A stretch of DNA of 64,000 nt, taken from positions 2,752,001-2,816,000 of the forward strand of contig OZ219866.1 in assembly GCA_964291675.2 (NCBI GenBank), written 5' to 3'. This document shows, one piece after another, positions 1 to 15,216 of this stretch (the stretch's first letter is position 1; every line of letters starts with the position of its first letter). The translations under genes were made by a program, and so were the position numbers. This DNA comes from Alphaproteobacteria bacterium. GTDB lineage: Bacteria > Pseudomonadota > Alphaproteobacteria > MPNO01. Below the pieces are notes generated by a model, which searched no databases, was not told the origin of the DNA, and saw only the letters and a program-made list of their open reading frames with translations.

Positions 1-683
1 CGGCGCGCGGACGCCCGGTCGGCGGCGACGGCGCAGGGCATGTATTTCACCACCGTCCCGGGCGGCGCGCGGCCGGCGGAGGCCGCCCCCTCCGCGGCCA
101 GCGCCGCCGCGTGGCCGGTGTAGCCGGGCGGACACATATTGCTGATCAGCACCCCGTCGCCGATCTCGCCCGCGAGGCGCAGCATGCGCGGCCCCATGGC
201 GGCGACATGGACCGGGATGTCGCGCCGCGGCGCGGCGAAGCCGAGGGCGAGGGCATCGGCGGAGAACACCGTCCCGGCATGGCTCACCGTCTCGCCGGCG
301 AGCATCCCGCGCAGGATGGCGACCGCATCGCGCATCGCCGCGAGCGGGCGTTCGAACCCGGCGAAGCGGGCGATCACCGGCGGCACGCCGACGCCGATCC
401 CGAGCATGGCGCGCCCGCCGGCGAGCTCGTCGAGGGCGGCGATCTCCATCGCCATCAGGCTGGGGTGGCGGTTGAACGGGTTGAACGCCCCGATACCGAT
501 GCCGACCGAGCTCGTGGCCAGGGCGCTCGCGCTCGCCGCCGGCAGGACGCCGCGCTGGAACGGGTTCTCGGCGAACCAGACCGTGCGGAAGCCCGCCGCG
601 TCGGCGGCGGCGGCAAGCCGGGCGGAGCGCAAGGGGTCGATGGTGCCGTCGAGCCGGATCGCGAGACCGGGCGGGGCTGGCAT
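1..683 (-). CDS. LLM-class flavin/F420-dependent oxidoreductase (3' part runs off the window edge)
   Basis: Manual minus-strand translation from ATG at 683: MPAPPGLAIRLDG...AADAAGFRTVWFAENP...NPFNRHPSLMAMEIAALDELAGGRAMLGIGVG, a typical luciferase-like N-terminus. Follows alaS on the same strand. Confidence 0.85.
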   Translation of the reverse strand, partial: MPAPPGLAIRLDGTIDPLRSARLAAAADAAGFRTVWFAENPFQRGVLPAASASALATSSVGIGIGAFNPFNRHPSLMAMEIAALDELAGGRAMLGIGVGVPPVIARFAGFERPLAAMRDAVAILRGMLAGETVSHAGTVFSADALALGFAAPRRDIPVHVAAMGPRMLRLAGEIGDGVLISNMCPPGYTGHAAALAAEGAASAGRAPPGTVVKYMPCAVAADRASAR

Positions 684-697
684 CGGACGGTCCCGGT

Positions 698-3349
<2,652 letters not shown>

Positions 3350-3444
3350 GTCCCGGTCGTCCGCCATTGCCGCGCGCGCCGCGCAACCCATCCAACGGCC
3401 CGGCGCCGGGATTCAGTATAGCGCGGGAGAACGTCTGTCCAGCG

Positions 3445-3670
3445 GGGCGCGTCCTTCGATACGCGCCCTCCGGGCGCTACTCAGGATGAGGGAATGGCCT
3501 TGGGCCACCCACACCCCTTGCCTCGTCCCGAATGGCGGCGGAAGGGCGCGTCCCTCGATACGGCGCTGCGCGCCTGCTCGGGATGAGCGCGGGTTGTCGG
3601 TATCGGGGCCAACCCACACCCCACCCCTCGTCCTGAGTAGCGCCCGGAGGGCGCGTATCGAAGGACCGGC
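3445..3670. repeat. cluster of three REP-like palindromes (family A: CCTTCGATACG..GCTACTCAGGATGAGG)
   Basis: Copies at about 3451-3492 and 3550-3587, and an inverted copy at 3625-3666, between recA and alaS. Confidence 0.85.
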
Positions 3671-3699
3671 GAGGGCCTGGCGCGCGCCCCGCCGCCCCG

Positions 3700-4785
<1,086 letters not shown>

Positions 4786-4840
4786 CGGTCCCTCCGCCTC
4801 TTATTCCACGTCCTTCGTCCGCGTGCAACGAAGCCCATAT

Positions 4841-4887
4841 GTACACGCTTTGTTCCGGTATGCAAGCGAAAAGAACAAACCGTGAAG
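4841..4887 (-). promoter_or_regulatory. two alphaproteobacterial LexA (SOS) boxes upstream of recA
   Basis: GTAC-N7-GTTC at 4841-4855 and GAAC-N7-GAAG at 4873-4887. The alpha-class consensus is GTTC-N7-GTTC / GAAC-N7-GAAC. Confidence 0.75.
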
Positions 4888-4911
4888 ATAAACTTTTCGC
4901 GAGCCCGCGGT

Positions 4912-5337
4912 TCAGTCGCGCCGCAGATAGAAGGTGGCCATCCCGGCGGCGATCTCTCGCCCGCCGGGCTCGGACACGTCGACCCGCACGGTGCCGAGGC
5001 TGCGCCCGGCGCGGATTATGCGGGCGCGGGCCAGCAGGTCCGCCCCGGAAGAGGCGCGCAGATAGTCGACCCGGAGGTCGACGGTCGGCGTCGGCCCGCC
5101 GGTCCGGAGGACGATGGCGGCATGCGCCGCGATGTCGACCGCGCCGGCGACGATGGCGCCGTGAAACCCGGGCTCGCCGGGGATGCGGGCGAGCTCCGGC
5201 CGGGCCGGGATCCTGACGGTGACGGTGTCGCTCCCGGGGTCGGCCGATTCGAGGCTCGGGCGCAGCCAGCGGTGGAACGGCGGCGCGGCGAGCTCGGCCT
5301 CGATGACGGCGATCGGGTCGTCGGGCACGGCGCCCAC
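4912..5337 (-). CDS. PaaI family thioesterase
   Basis: [22 protein letters not shown], hotdog-fold size (141 aa). Confidence 0.85.
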   Translation of the reverse strand: MGAVPDDPIAVIEAELAAPPFHRWLRPSLESADPGSDTVTVRIPARPELARIPGEPGFHGAIVAGAVDIAAHAAIVLRTGGPTPTVDLRVDYLRASSGADLLARARIIRAGRSLGTVRVDVSEPGGREIAAGMATFYLRRD

Positions 5338-5361
5338 TCCGGCAGGTCGCGGGCGTCGATC

Positions 5362-6501
5362 CTACACGATCGGGCAGCGTCCCGCGGCCCGGGCGATGCA
5401 CTCCGCGGCGATGTCGTCGGCGATGCGGCTCGGCGCCGCGCCCTCGCGCCCGGCGCGCGCGAAGATCTCCGCCAGCGTGTCGCCGATCGCCGCGGTCGCG
5501 GCCTCGGCGCGGCGCTCGGAGAACCCGCCCGGCAGGCGGGTGAGCGCGAGCGCGATCAGCCCGCCGGCGTTGATCGCGTAGTCCGGCGCGTAGAGCACGT
5601 TGCGCGCGCTCAGCAGATCGCCGTGGCGCGGCTCGGCGAGCTGGTTGTTGGCCGAGCCCGCGACCACGGCGCAGCGGAGCCGCGCGACCGTGCCGTCGTC
5701 GATCGCCCCGCCCAGCGCGCAGGGCGCGAACACCTCGGCCTCGGCGTCGTAGATCGCCCCGGGGTCGACGACGGCGGCGCCGAAGGCCGCGGCCGCGCGC
5801 CTGGCCGCCGCGGGCGAGATGTCGGCGACGACCAGCTTCGCGCCCGCCGCGGCGAGGCGCTCGCAGAGCCGGTATCCGACATGGCCCAGCCCCTGCACCG
5901 CGACCGTCGCGCCGGCGACCGATCGGCGGCCGAGCCGGTGCGCGAGCGCCGCCTCGATGCCGGCGAACACGCCGCGCGCGGTCCACGGCGCCGGATCGCC
6001 GCCGCGGTCGCCGCTGCCGAGGATGTGGTCGGTCTCCGCCGCCGCCAGGTTCATGTCGTCGACGGTGACGCCCACGTCCTCGCCCGAGATGTAGTGCCCG
6101 GCGAGCGCATCGACCGCGCGGCCGAAGGCGCGGAACAGCGCTTCGGACTTGCCGCTGCGCGGGTCGCCCAGGATCACCGCCTTGCCGCCGCCGAGGGCCA
6201 CGCCGGCGAGCGCGCATTTGTAGGTCATGCCGCGCGACAGCCTGAGCGCGTCGGTGAGCGCGGCGGCCTCGTCCGCGTAGGGCCACATGCGGCAGCCGCC
6301 GATCGCCGGGCCCAGGCTGCGGTCGTGGATCGCCACGATCGCGTCGAGCCCGGCCGCCCGGTCGACCGCGCGGACGATGCGCTCGTGGCCGTCGAAGCCC
6401 TCGTGGTAGCGCGCCCGGGCGGTGATGTCGGCGATCTCCACCCCGGCCCGGTACGCATCCCCGGCCGTTGCCGCGTCGCCCTGAAGCGCAAGCCCGTCCA
6501 T
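5362..6501 (-). CDS. Glu/Leu/Phe/Val dehydrogenase (leucine dehydrogenase-like)
   Basis: [56 protein letters not shown]. Start uncertain (MDGLALQ). Confidence 0.92.
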   Translation of the reverse strand: MDGLALQGDAATAGDAYRAGVEIADITARARYHEGFDGHERIVRAVDRAAGLDAIVAIHDRSLGPAIGGCRMWPYADEAAALTDALRLSRGMTYKCALAGVALGGGKAVILGDPRSGKSEALFRAFGRAVDALAGHYISGEDVGVTVDDMNLAAAETDHILGSGDRGGDPAPWTARGVFAGIEAALAHRLGRRSVAGATVAVQGLGHVGYRLCERLAAAGAKLVVADISPAAARRAAAAFGAAVVDPGAIYDAEAEVFAPCALGGAIDDGTVARLRCAVVAGSANNQLAEPRHGDLLSARNVLYAPDYAINAGGLIALALTRLPGGFSERRAEAATAAIGDTLAEIFARAGREGAAPSRIADDIAAECIARAAGRCPIV

Positions 6502-6760
6502 CGCGCTGTCCTTCCGATGTGGCGAGACCCGAGACATGGGATCGCCGGGGCCGCGCGCAAGGCGCTGCGACAAAATAGCAGCATCGTGTCGCGCGGTGCC
6601 CGGCGGGCGACATGTCGTTGCGCGCGGGCCGGGTCGGCGGCGAAGCGCCCAAAGCACCGAACGCCGGATTTCCGACCGTCTCGCCCACCGGGGCAGAGCC
6701 CGCCCCGACGGGCAAATCGGACAGCCCCGGAACGAGTCCGGGCTCGCGGCCGCGCGCCCC

Positions 6761-7963
6761 TCAGTCCAGCCTGGGCTCCAGCCGGTCGAGCGCCTTGGAC
6801 AGGGTGTCGGGCTCGGCGGCGAAGCACAGCCTGAGCCTTCCCTCGCCGGCCTCGCCGAAGGCGCGGCCCGGGGCGAGGCCGACCCCGGCGGTCTCGATCA
6901 GCTCGCGCGCGAAGCCGAGGCTGTCGGTCACGCCGTCGACCGCGAAGAAGGCGTAGAACGCGCCGTCCGGGCGCGGCAGGCGGACCCGGCGCATGGCGCC
7001 GAGGCGCTGCACCACGAGGTCGCGGTTGCGGCGGTAGCGCTCGACCAGGGATTCGATGAAGCCGTCGCCCTGCTCGACCGCGGCGATGCCGGCGTGCTGC
7101 ACGAAGGTGGTGGCCGAGGCGAGGTTGTACTCGTTGAGCTTGGCGAAGGCATCGCCCAGCTCCGCCGCATGGGTGAGCCAGCCGAGCCGCCAGCCGGTCA
7201 TCGACCACGACTTGGAGAACGAGTTGATCGCCACCACCCGGTCGTCGGGCTCGGCGATGTCGAGGAAGGAGGGCGCGCGGGGCAGATCGAAGGCGAGCCG
7301 GACATAGACCTCGTCGGCGACCACGTAGATGCCGCGTTCGCGGCACCGCTCCAGCAGCGCGCGCTGGTCGTCGGCGCTCATCACCCAGCCCGTCGGGTTG
7401 GACGGCGAGTTGACCATCACCGCCACCGTGCGGTCGTCGCAGGCATCGAACAGGCGGTCGAGGTCGAGCCGCCAGCCGCCGCCGTCGGCCGCCTCCAGCG
7501 CCACGATCCGGGTCTCGCCGCCCATCACGTGCACCGTCTCGACGCAGTTGGGCCAGATCGGCCCGACGGCCACCACGTTGTCGCCGGGCGCGACGATCGC
7601 CTGGGCGGTCAGCATGATCGCGCTCATGCCGGATGCGGTCACGGTGATCCGCTCCGTCCCCATCGGGCGGCCGTGCAGCCGCGCCGCATAGCCCGCGATC
7701 GCCTCGCGCAGCGGCGGGATGCCCCGGTTCTGGGTGTAGAACACGTGGTTCGCCTCGAGCGCGCGGACCGCCGCCTGCTTGATGAAATCGGGCGTCGGCG
7801 TGTCCGGCTCGCCGAACCACAGCGCGATCACGCCGGCGCGGCCGATATTGGCCTCGGCGACGGCGCGGATCAGCGACTCGCCGAGCCCCTCGATCTCGGG
7901 GCGCAGCAGGCGCCGCCGCGCGGCCTCCGTCCCCGCCGCCGCCGCCGCTTCTTGGGGGCTCAA
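6761..7963 (-). CDS. class I/II PLP-dependent aminotransferase
   Basis: WFGEPD, NSPSNPTG, ADEVY, SFSKSWSMTGWRLG. TTG start overlaps the upstream stop codon. Confidence 0.93.
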   Translation of the reverse strand: MSPQEAAAAAGTEAARRRLLRPEIEGLGESLIRAVAEANIGRAGVIALWFGEPDTPTPDFIKQAAVRALEANHVFYTQNRGIPPLREAIAGYAARLHGRPMGTERITVTASGMSAIMLTAQAIVAPGDNVVAVGPIWPNCVETVHVMGGETRIVALEAADGGGWRLDLDRLFDACDDRTVAVMVNSPSNPTGWVMSADDQRALLERCRERGIYVVADEVYVRLAFDLPRAPSFLDIAEPDDRVVAINSFSKSWSMTGWRLGWLTHAAELGDAFAKLNEYNLASATTFVQHAGIAAVEQGDGFIESLVERYRRNRDLVVQRLGAMRRVRLPRPDGAFYAFFAVDGVTDSLGFARELIETAGVGLAPGRAFGEAGEGRLRLCFAAEPDTLSKALDRLEPRLD

Positions 7964-8403
7964 AACTCGCCCGGCACGAACAGATTGTCGGTGCCCGGCC
8001 CGGTGCTGCCCTCGGGTTCGTCGGCGACGGTGAAGTTGAGCTCGATGATCACCCCGTTGGGGTCGCGCACGAAGAGCTGCCACAGCCCGAAGGTGGGGAT
8101 CGCGAACTCGCGGTGCGGCATGTCGAGCTCGACCACCCGCCGCTTCATCGCGTCGTAGTTATGCGCCTTGACCGCGACATGGTCGACCGAGGCGCTGCCA
8201 TGCGTCGGGTTGCCGTCGTTGTCGAGCCCCGCATCGCCGGCCATGATGTGGAACATCGTGCTGCCGAGGTCGAACCAGGTGCCCGGGAAGTCGAAATCGG
8301 GCCGCTCGATCTTCTCCAGGCCGAGCACCTCTTCGTAGAACCGGTCGGTGGCCTCGAGGTCCTGCGTCTTGATCGCGACGTGATGGATGTCGAGAAGGGG
8401 CAT
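7960..8403 (-). CDS. VOC/glyoxalase family protein
   Basis: IHHVAI...FYEEVLGL, VDHVA, LFVRDPNGVIIELNF. Confidence 0.88.
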   Translation of the reverse strand: MPLLDIHHVAIKTQDLEATDRFYEEVLGLEKIERPDFDFPGTWFDLGSTMFHIMAGDAGLDNDGNPTHGSASVDHVAVKAHNYDAMKRRVVELDMPHREFAIPTFGLWQLFVRDPNGVIIELNFTVADEPEGSTGPGTDNLFVPGEF

Positions 8404-8622
8404 CGGGATCTGCGCTCCTGAGAATGGGGACGGCACCTAATCTAGGATTTATCCGTCCCGGTTGGAAGCGGTGCCCCTTGCCCCGCGTCCGGGTCCGGGG
8501 ATAAGCGATTCCAATAGCCCCCATCGGAAAATTCGTCTGGCGACGACGGCAGGAGTCCCCAGCTGAGTCGTCAGCGCCTCTATCCGAGTTGCGCGCCGCA
8601 GCGACAGGCTTGGAGACGAGCG

Positions 8623-11600
8623 ATGACCGGGCAAAGAGCCGACGGAAGCCGAGCCGAAAGATGCAGGGGTCGACGCCATCGCCGATTGCGGCCCGCATGC
8701 CGCGACCGCCCGTTCATCCTTCCGGTGCTGCTGTCGGCGGCGCTGCTCTGTGTTCTCCCGCCGGCGGCCCGCTCCACCCAGGTCTACGACCCGCCGGTGA
8801 CCGCGTTGGTGTCCAACATGGGGCAGTCATCGGAGAGACACATGGCGTTCTTCAGCGCCCAGTCGGGGGTGCAGCAGCGCTTCAGGACCGGCCCGAATCC
8901 GGCCGGGTACCAGCTGGAGGGCATCTGGCTGCGCGTGGATGACACGCACGAGAGCCGCTACATGACCCTCGTGGGCTACCTCTACCGCGTCGTCGACGGC
9001 ACCTACCACCATGTCGCCAGGCTCTCGGGGGGACGGCTGAACGACTACGCCGAAAACGAATGGCGGGCGCCGGCCGACACGTACATGGAGCCGGACACCG
9101 AGTACGTCTTTGTACTCGATTGCGAGCGCGGATGCGCCAACGACAACTTCGCCCAGTTCGCCACGACCACAAGCCACAACGAGGATTCCGGAGCGGAGGC
9201 CGGCTGGTCGGTCGAGGGCCATCTCATCTGGCGAAAGGCCGAGAACTCCCGCTGGTACAGAGATCCCCACGACATTCTGAAGATCCGGGTCCAGGGCCGC
9301 CCCAGCCCCCACCGCGCCTACCGGACGGAGATCGTCTCCCGCCCGCGGGACGGGGACACGTACCGGCTCGGCGAGAACATCGACATCGCCCTCACCTACA
9401 ACACGCCGGTCTACGTCGCGCCGGGCGATCCGACGTCGATCGGCATCCAGGTGGGCGATGCGGAAGACGGCTCCGCCCATCGCACCGCAACCTACGAGTC
9501 CGGGCAGTTCACGACCCGCCTGGTCTTCCGCTACCGGGTGCGGCTCGGCGATCTGGACACCGACGGGATCGGCGTCGACGCCGGGGGCGCGAACGCCGGG
9601 TACAGCGGATGGGTGCCGACGCTGGTCTACAGCTTCGGGCTGCTGCCGGTGGACCGCCATTTCCCCGGCCTGTCGGACGATGGCCGGCACAAGGTCGACG
9701 GATCGTTCGAAGTCACCGGCGTCCATGTCACGTCGGTGCCCGCCTCACCCCGGCGGCTACCGGCTCGGCGAGGACATCGAGGTCACGCTGACCTTCAGCG
9801 CCGACGCCTACGTGCCCGACGGCGACTCCTCCATCGCCATCCGCGTGGGCGATGCGGCCGGCGGCGCCAACTACCGGGCGGCGCGCTACGTCTCGGGTTC
9901 CGGGACCCGCCGGCTGGTCTATCGCTACCGCGTTCGGGAAGGCGACCACGACGCCGACGGCATCGGCGTCGATGCGGGCGGGCCGGGCTCCGGCTTCGGT
10001 GGGACGCTCCCCGTCACCGGCCCCGAGCTGGGCTCCGTCCCGGTCGAGCGCGCCTATCCGGGCGTCGCCGAGGATGCCGGCCACAAGGTCGATCGCGCGC
10101 TGACCGTCGCGTTCGGCGCGACCGCGCTGACGATTTCCGAGAGCGGGACCGCGGCATCCGTCACGGTCGTGCTGGACCCGGCCCCCAGCCACGCCGTCGC
10201 CATTCCGCTCGTCGTCGCGCTGGGCGACGGCGCGACGGCCGACGACTACACCCTCTCGGCATCCAGCGCGGTCTTCGAGCCCGGCGAAACGGAGAAGAGC
10301 CTCGCGCTGACGGCGGTCGACGACGGCGAGGACGACGACGGCGAGACCCTGACGATCGGCTTCGGCGACTTGCCGCCCGGGATTCGCGCCGGGCCCCGGT
10401 CGAGCCTCAGCGTCGTGATCGCCGACGACGACGGGGCAGCGGCGGGACAGACCGTCACCATCCGGCCGGGCCGGGAGGCCTTTATCGCGGGGCTGGACGA
10501 CATCGTGTTCAACCTGACGCTGGCCGAGGCGGCGGACCGGGCGATCCGGGTCGAGCTGAGGCTGACGCAGGATCGGCCGTTTCTCGACTCCGGCGATCTC
10601 CGCCGGCAAGTCGCGTTCGCCGCGGGCGCGACCGCCGCCGAGCTTCGGATCCCCGCCTCCCGGCAGAATCCGCGCCCGGCACAAGGGGGAACCCTCACGG
10701 CCACCGTTGTGCTGGGGGCCGGCTACCACGTCGGGACGCCGGCGGCGGCCTCCGTGCGGATGGCGGCGTCCACGCCGGCGCTGATCGCGCGGCTGAGCCA
10801 GACCTCGTACGGCTTCGACGAGGGCGCGAGCGGCGCCGAGGCGAGCGTCGAGGTGGTGATGGAGACCCAGCCCGGACTGCCGCCGCCCAACCGCAGCCAC
10901 GCGGTCGCTCTCTCGACCGAGGCCGGAACCGCGACCGCCGGGGTCGACTATGTGCCCGTCGACACGACGCTGACCTTCGCGCCGGCGGACTATGCGGCGG
11001 TGGACGGGCGCTGGGTCGCGCGCAAATCCGTCGAGCTGCCGCCGGTCGACGACGACGAGGACGAGCCCGGCGAGCAGTTCACCGTCACCCTGTCGCGCGA
11101 CGCCTCGCTCGGCGACCTGGTACAGGTACGCAATCCCAATCGCACGCGATGCGACGATGCGTGCCAGGCAACGGTCACCATTGCCGACGACGACGTGGTG
11201 GGCGTCACGTTCCTGGATGAAGACGGCAATCCCCTTGCCGACTTGCGGCTGAGCGTCCGCGAAGGCGAGCAGGTCACTTACCTGATGAAGCTGGACCGGC
11301 GGCCGGCACAGTGGGGCCTCCTCGTCCGCGAGGCGGGTGAGGGCGATGCCGACCTGGTGCCGCGGGGCGACCGGTCCTGGCCCTTCTCGCCCGATCCCGA
11401 CGAGCGGGCGTCCCGGTCTCTCCCGAGCGAGTCGGGGGCCGGCCGGACTCCGCATCACTGGGGGGAGGCCTTCACGGTGACGGTGGAGGCGCTGCAGGAC
11501 AACGACGCCTACCCCGGCGAGCGGCTCTTCCACCACCATCTCGTGATGGGCGATCTCGGACACACCCGCATCGAGCTGCCCGACATCGTGGTCGTCGAGG

Positions 11601-13844
11601 TCGACGACGAGGCGGACGGCCCGCTCCGGGTATTCGGAGCCCCCGAGGTCGTTTCCGCGCCCGCGTCCGGCGACACCTACGAGCTCGGCGAACGCATCGA
11701 CATCCGGGTCGTGTTCACCCGGCCGGTCAGGGTGACCGGAAGCCCCTATCTGGAGTTCGACCTCGGCAGCGCCGATGCCCCCCGGGCCGCGAGGGCCAAC
11801 TTCGCCGGCGGCGACGGCACCCAGGATCTCGTCTTCGGCTACACGGTGGGATCCGGCGACCGGGACGAAGACGGAATCGAGATCCCGGCCGGGTCCATCC
11901 ACCTCAACGACGGCGCCATCCAGGACATCGAAACCGGGACCCAGGCGGCGATCGAATTCGCCGCATCCGGGGTGCAGGCGGGCCACAGGGTGCGCGGCCC
12001 GGCGGCGCTTGCGGTGGCCGACGCGCGGGCGGCGGAGGAAGACGGCGCGACCCTCGACTTCGCGGTAACGCTGAGCCGGGCGGTCCCGCAGGCGGTGACG
12101 GTCGGCTACGCCACCGCCGACGGCACGGCCACCGCCGGCGAGGATTACGGCGCGGCCAGCGGAACCCTCACCTTCGCCGCCGGTCAGACCCGGAGGACCG
12201 TCTCCGTCGAGGTGCTGGACGATGCCCGCGACGAAGGCGCGGAAACCCTGACGCTGACCCTCAGCGACGCGTCGGGAGCGATTATCGCGGACGACGTGGC
12301 GACCGGGACGATCGTCAACCACGACCCCGTGCCGCAGGCCTGGCTCGCGCGGTTCGGGCGCACCGTGGCCGGGCAGGTGATCGAGGCGGTCGAAGGGCGG
12401 CTGAGGGCAATCTCGGACACCCGGAATCGAGATGACGCTCGCCGGCCAGCGGGTCGGCGGCCACGGCCCGGGCGTCGCGGCAGGCGGCGCCGGGCCGCGG
12501 GGTGCGGGCGTGCCGAGCTCGGCCCGTGAAGCCGAGGCGCGGTCGCGGCTCGCGGCGAGCGCCGACCGGCCGCGCGAGGGCACGCAGGCAGGCGGCGCCG
12601 GGTCCGGATACCGGGCGCGCATGGCGGGCGGGCGCGACCTGCTGACCGGTTCGTCCTTCACGCTGACCGGCGAGACCGGAACGGGCGGCGCGATCGGGAT
12701 CTGGGGCCGGGGCGCGCTCGGCCGCTTCGACGGCCGCGCGGGCGAAATCTCGCTCGACGGCGAGGTGGCCGGCTTCATGCTGGGCGCCGATTGGACATGG
12801 GACCCCGGGCCGGAGTCCGGGGCGGGCGCCTGGACGGCCGGGCTGCTGGTCGCGCGCTCCGAGGGCGAGGGCGGCTACCGGGGCCCGTCGGCGGAGGGCG
12901 AGATCGAGAGCACGCTCACCGGGGTCTTCCCCTACGGGCGCTACATGCCGAACGAGCGGGTGACGCTCTGGGGCGTGGCGGGCTACGGGGCGGGCGAGCT
13001 CACGCTGGGGTCGGAGGACGCGGCGGCGACCCGGACCGACATGGACCTCGCGATGGGGGCGGTCGGCGTTCGCGGCGTCGCGGTCGAGCCGGGGCCCGGG
13101 GGCGGCATCGAGCTGACGGTGACATCGGACGCCATGGCGGTGCGCACCGCGTCCGCGGAAGCGCCGGGGCTGGCGGCGTCGACGGCCGAGGTGACCCGGC
13201 TCCGGCTCGGGCTGGAAGGGGCGTGGCATGGCATCGTCCTCGGCGAGGCGGGCTCGCTCGTGCCCCGCGTGGAAATCGGCCTGCGCCGTGACGACGGCGA
13301 CGCCGAGACCGGCTTCGGGCTCGATCTCGGCGGCGGGCTCGCCTGGTCGGACCTGACACGCGGGATCGCGGCCGAGCTGAGCGGGCGCGGGCTGCTGGCC
13401 CACGAGTCGCGGGGCTTCCGCGACCGCGGGATCTCCGGCTCGTTCGCCTGGGAGCCCGGTGGTGGCACCGGCCGGGGCCCGGCGGCACGGCTGGTCCAGA
13501 CCGTCGGCAGCCCGGCCACGGGCGGCATGGATGCTCTGCTCGGGCGGGAGACCCTGGCGGGACTCGGGGCCGACGATCCCGGCGACGAGCTGGAGAACCG
13601 CCGGCTGGAGCTGCGGCTGGGCTACGGGTTCGCGGTCCTCGGCGGCCGCTTCACCGCGACGCCGGAGCTCGGATTGGGGCTGGCGAACGGGCAGCGGGAG
13701 TACAGCCTCGGTTGGCGCCTCGACCCGGTCCAGGGCGGTTCCGCGACAGTCGAGCTGCGGCTGGAGGCGAGCCGGCGCGAGGCGGCCAACGATAATGCCG
13801 ACCCGCGGCACGCGCTCGGGTTCGGGGTGACGGCGCGCTGGTAG
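8623..13844 (+). pseudogene. large Calx-beta-repeat surface protein with C-terminal beta-barrel, split by two +1 frameshifts (about 1739 aa if repaired)
   Basis: Signal peptide; three YRLGExI..LVFRYxV..DxDxDGI modules; Calx-beta motifs (TADGTATAGEDY..GTLTF); PQAWLARFGRTVA linker; barrel ending GFGVTARW. Frames join by removing one C at 9739-9741 and one A at 12409-12410. Could be a sequencing or assembly error. Confidence 0.8.
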
Positions 13845-13986
13845 CCGGCCGGCCGGTCCGGCGCGCGAAACCGATCTCCCAACCCGACCCGGGCCTCTCC
13901 CGATCCCGAAGGCCGTTGCGGTCCGGCGCGAAACGGATAGGCTCCGGGACCCGACCGGGCCCACGAACCTGCAAGAGGAGAACCGG

Positions 13987-15189
13987 GTGCGCGACGCTCA
14001 CATACCCTACGGCGCCTATTGGTCGACGCCCTTCGCACGCTGGCAGGGCAGCCTGGCGCATCTGCACTCGATGCGGTTCCTCGCCCACGTGGCCAGGGAC
14101 GAGCTCGCCCGGCGCGGAATCGGGCTCGACGACATCGATTACGGCGTGCTCGGCCTCACCGTGGCGCAGCGCCAGTGCTTCTTCGGCCTGCCCTGGGTGA
14201 CCGGGATGATGGGCGCCGGCCATATCCCGGGCCCGACGATCAACCACGCCTGCGCCACCGGCGCGCGCTGTTTGCAGGCGGCGAGCCAGGAGGTCGCCGA
14301 CGGCGGGGCGGAGGTGGCGCTCGCGATGTCGGGCGACCGCACCTCGAACGGGCCGCATGTCTACTACCCCGCGCCCGACGCGCCCGGCGGCACCGGCGAG
14401 CACGAGAACTGGGTGCTCGGCAATTTCTCCTCCGACCCCTATGCCGAGTGCGGCATGATCGACACCGCCGAGACGGTGGCGCGCAAGTGGCAGATCGCCA
14501 CCGCGGAGCAGCACGAGGTGGTGCTCCGGCGCTACGAGCAGTACGAGGACGCGCTGGCCGAGGATCGCGCCTTCCAGAAGCGCTACATGACGCTGCCGCT
14601 GGAGGTGCCGGATGCGCGCTACCGCAAGACGCGCGGCGTGCTCGACGGCGACGAGGGGGTGCACGAGACCACGCGCGCGGGGCTGGAGCGGCTGCGCCCC
14701 GTCGACGAGGACGGCACGGTGACCTATGCCGGGCAGACCCACCCGGCGGACGGCAATGCGGGGCTGGTGGTGACGGACCGCGAGCGCGCGAAGGCGATGT
14801 CGCGCGATGCCGGCATCTCGATCCGGCTCGCCGGGTTCGGCACCGCGCGGGCGGAAATCCGCCACATGCCGGAGGCGCCGATCGGCGCCGCCCGGCGGGC
14901 GCTCGACGATGCCGGGATCGCGCTCGACGACGTGGCGGCGATCAAGACCCACAACCCGTTCGCGGTGAACGACGTGGTGTTCTGCCGCGAGACCGGCGCC
15001 GACGTGGACGCGATGAACAATTTCGGCTGCTCGCTGATCTGGGGCCACCCGCAGGGCCCGACCGGGCTGCGCGCGGTGATCGAGCTGATCGAGGAGCTCG
15101 CGCTCCGCGGCGGCGGCTGGGGCCTGTTCACCGGCTGCGCCGCCGGCGACAGCGCCATGGCCGTGGTCGTCGAGGTGGGGGACGGGTAG
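13987..15189 (+). CDS. thiolase family protein
   Basis: INHACATG (catalytic Cys), HPADG, KTHNPF, GHPQGPTG, GCAAGD. Confidence 0.93.
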   Translation: MRDAHIPYGAYWSTPFARWQGSLAHLHSMRFLAHVARDELARRGIGLDDIDYGVLGLTVAQRQCFFGLPWVTGMMGAGHIPGPTINHACATGARCLQAASQEVADGGAEVALAMSGDRTSNGPHVYYPAPDAPGGTGEHENWVLGNFSSDPYAECGMIDTAETVARKWQIATAEQHEVVLRRYEQYEDALAEDRAFQKRYMTLPLEVPDARYRKTRGVLDGDEGVHETTRAGLERLRPVDEDGTVTYAGQTHPADGNAGLVVTDRERAKAMSRDAGISIRLAGFGTARAEIRHMPEAPIGAARRALDDAGIALDDVAAIKTHNPFAVNDVVFCRETGADVDAMNNFGCSLIWGHPQGPTGLRAVIELIEELALRGGGWGLFTGCAAGDSAMAVVVEVGDG

Positions 15190-15216
15190 GGGGCTTCGAT
15201 ACGCCCCCTCCGGACG

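Noticed and set aside
8440-8620. Riboswitch upstream of the Calx-beta gene
   Set aside because: A GC-rich hairpin is possible, but I recognise no aptamer consensus.
9736-12412. Programmed frameshifting or phase variation in the Calx-beta gene
   Set aside because: Shift sites are only CCC and AA, with no slippery heptamer or long homopolymer.
13855-13965. Degenerate tandem duplication (about 65-bp period) upstream of the thiolase
   Set aside because: Short and imperfect; it could be an insertion scar but cannot be supported.
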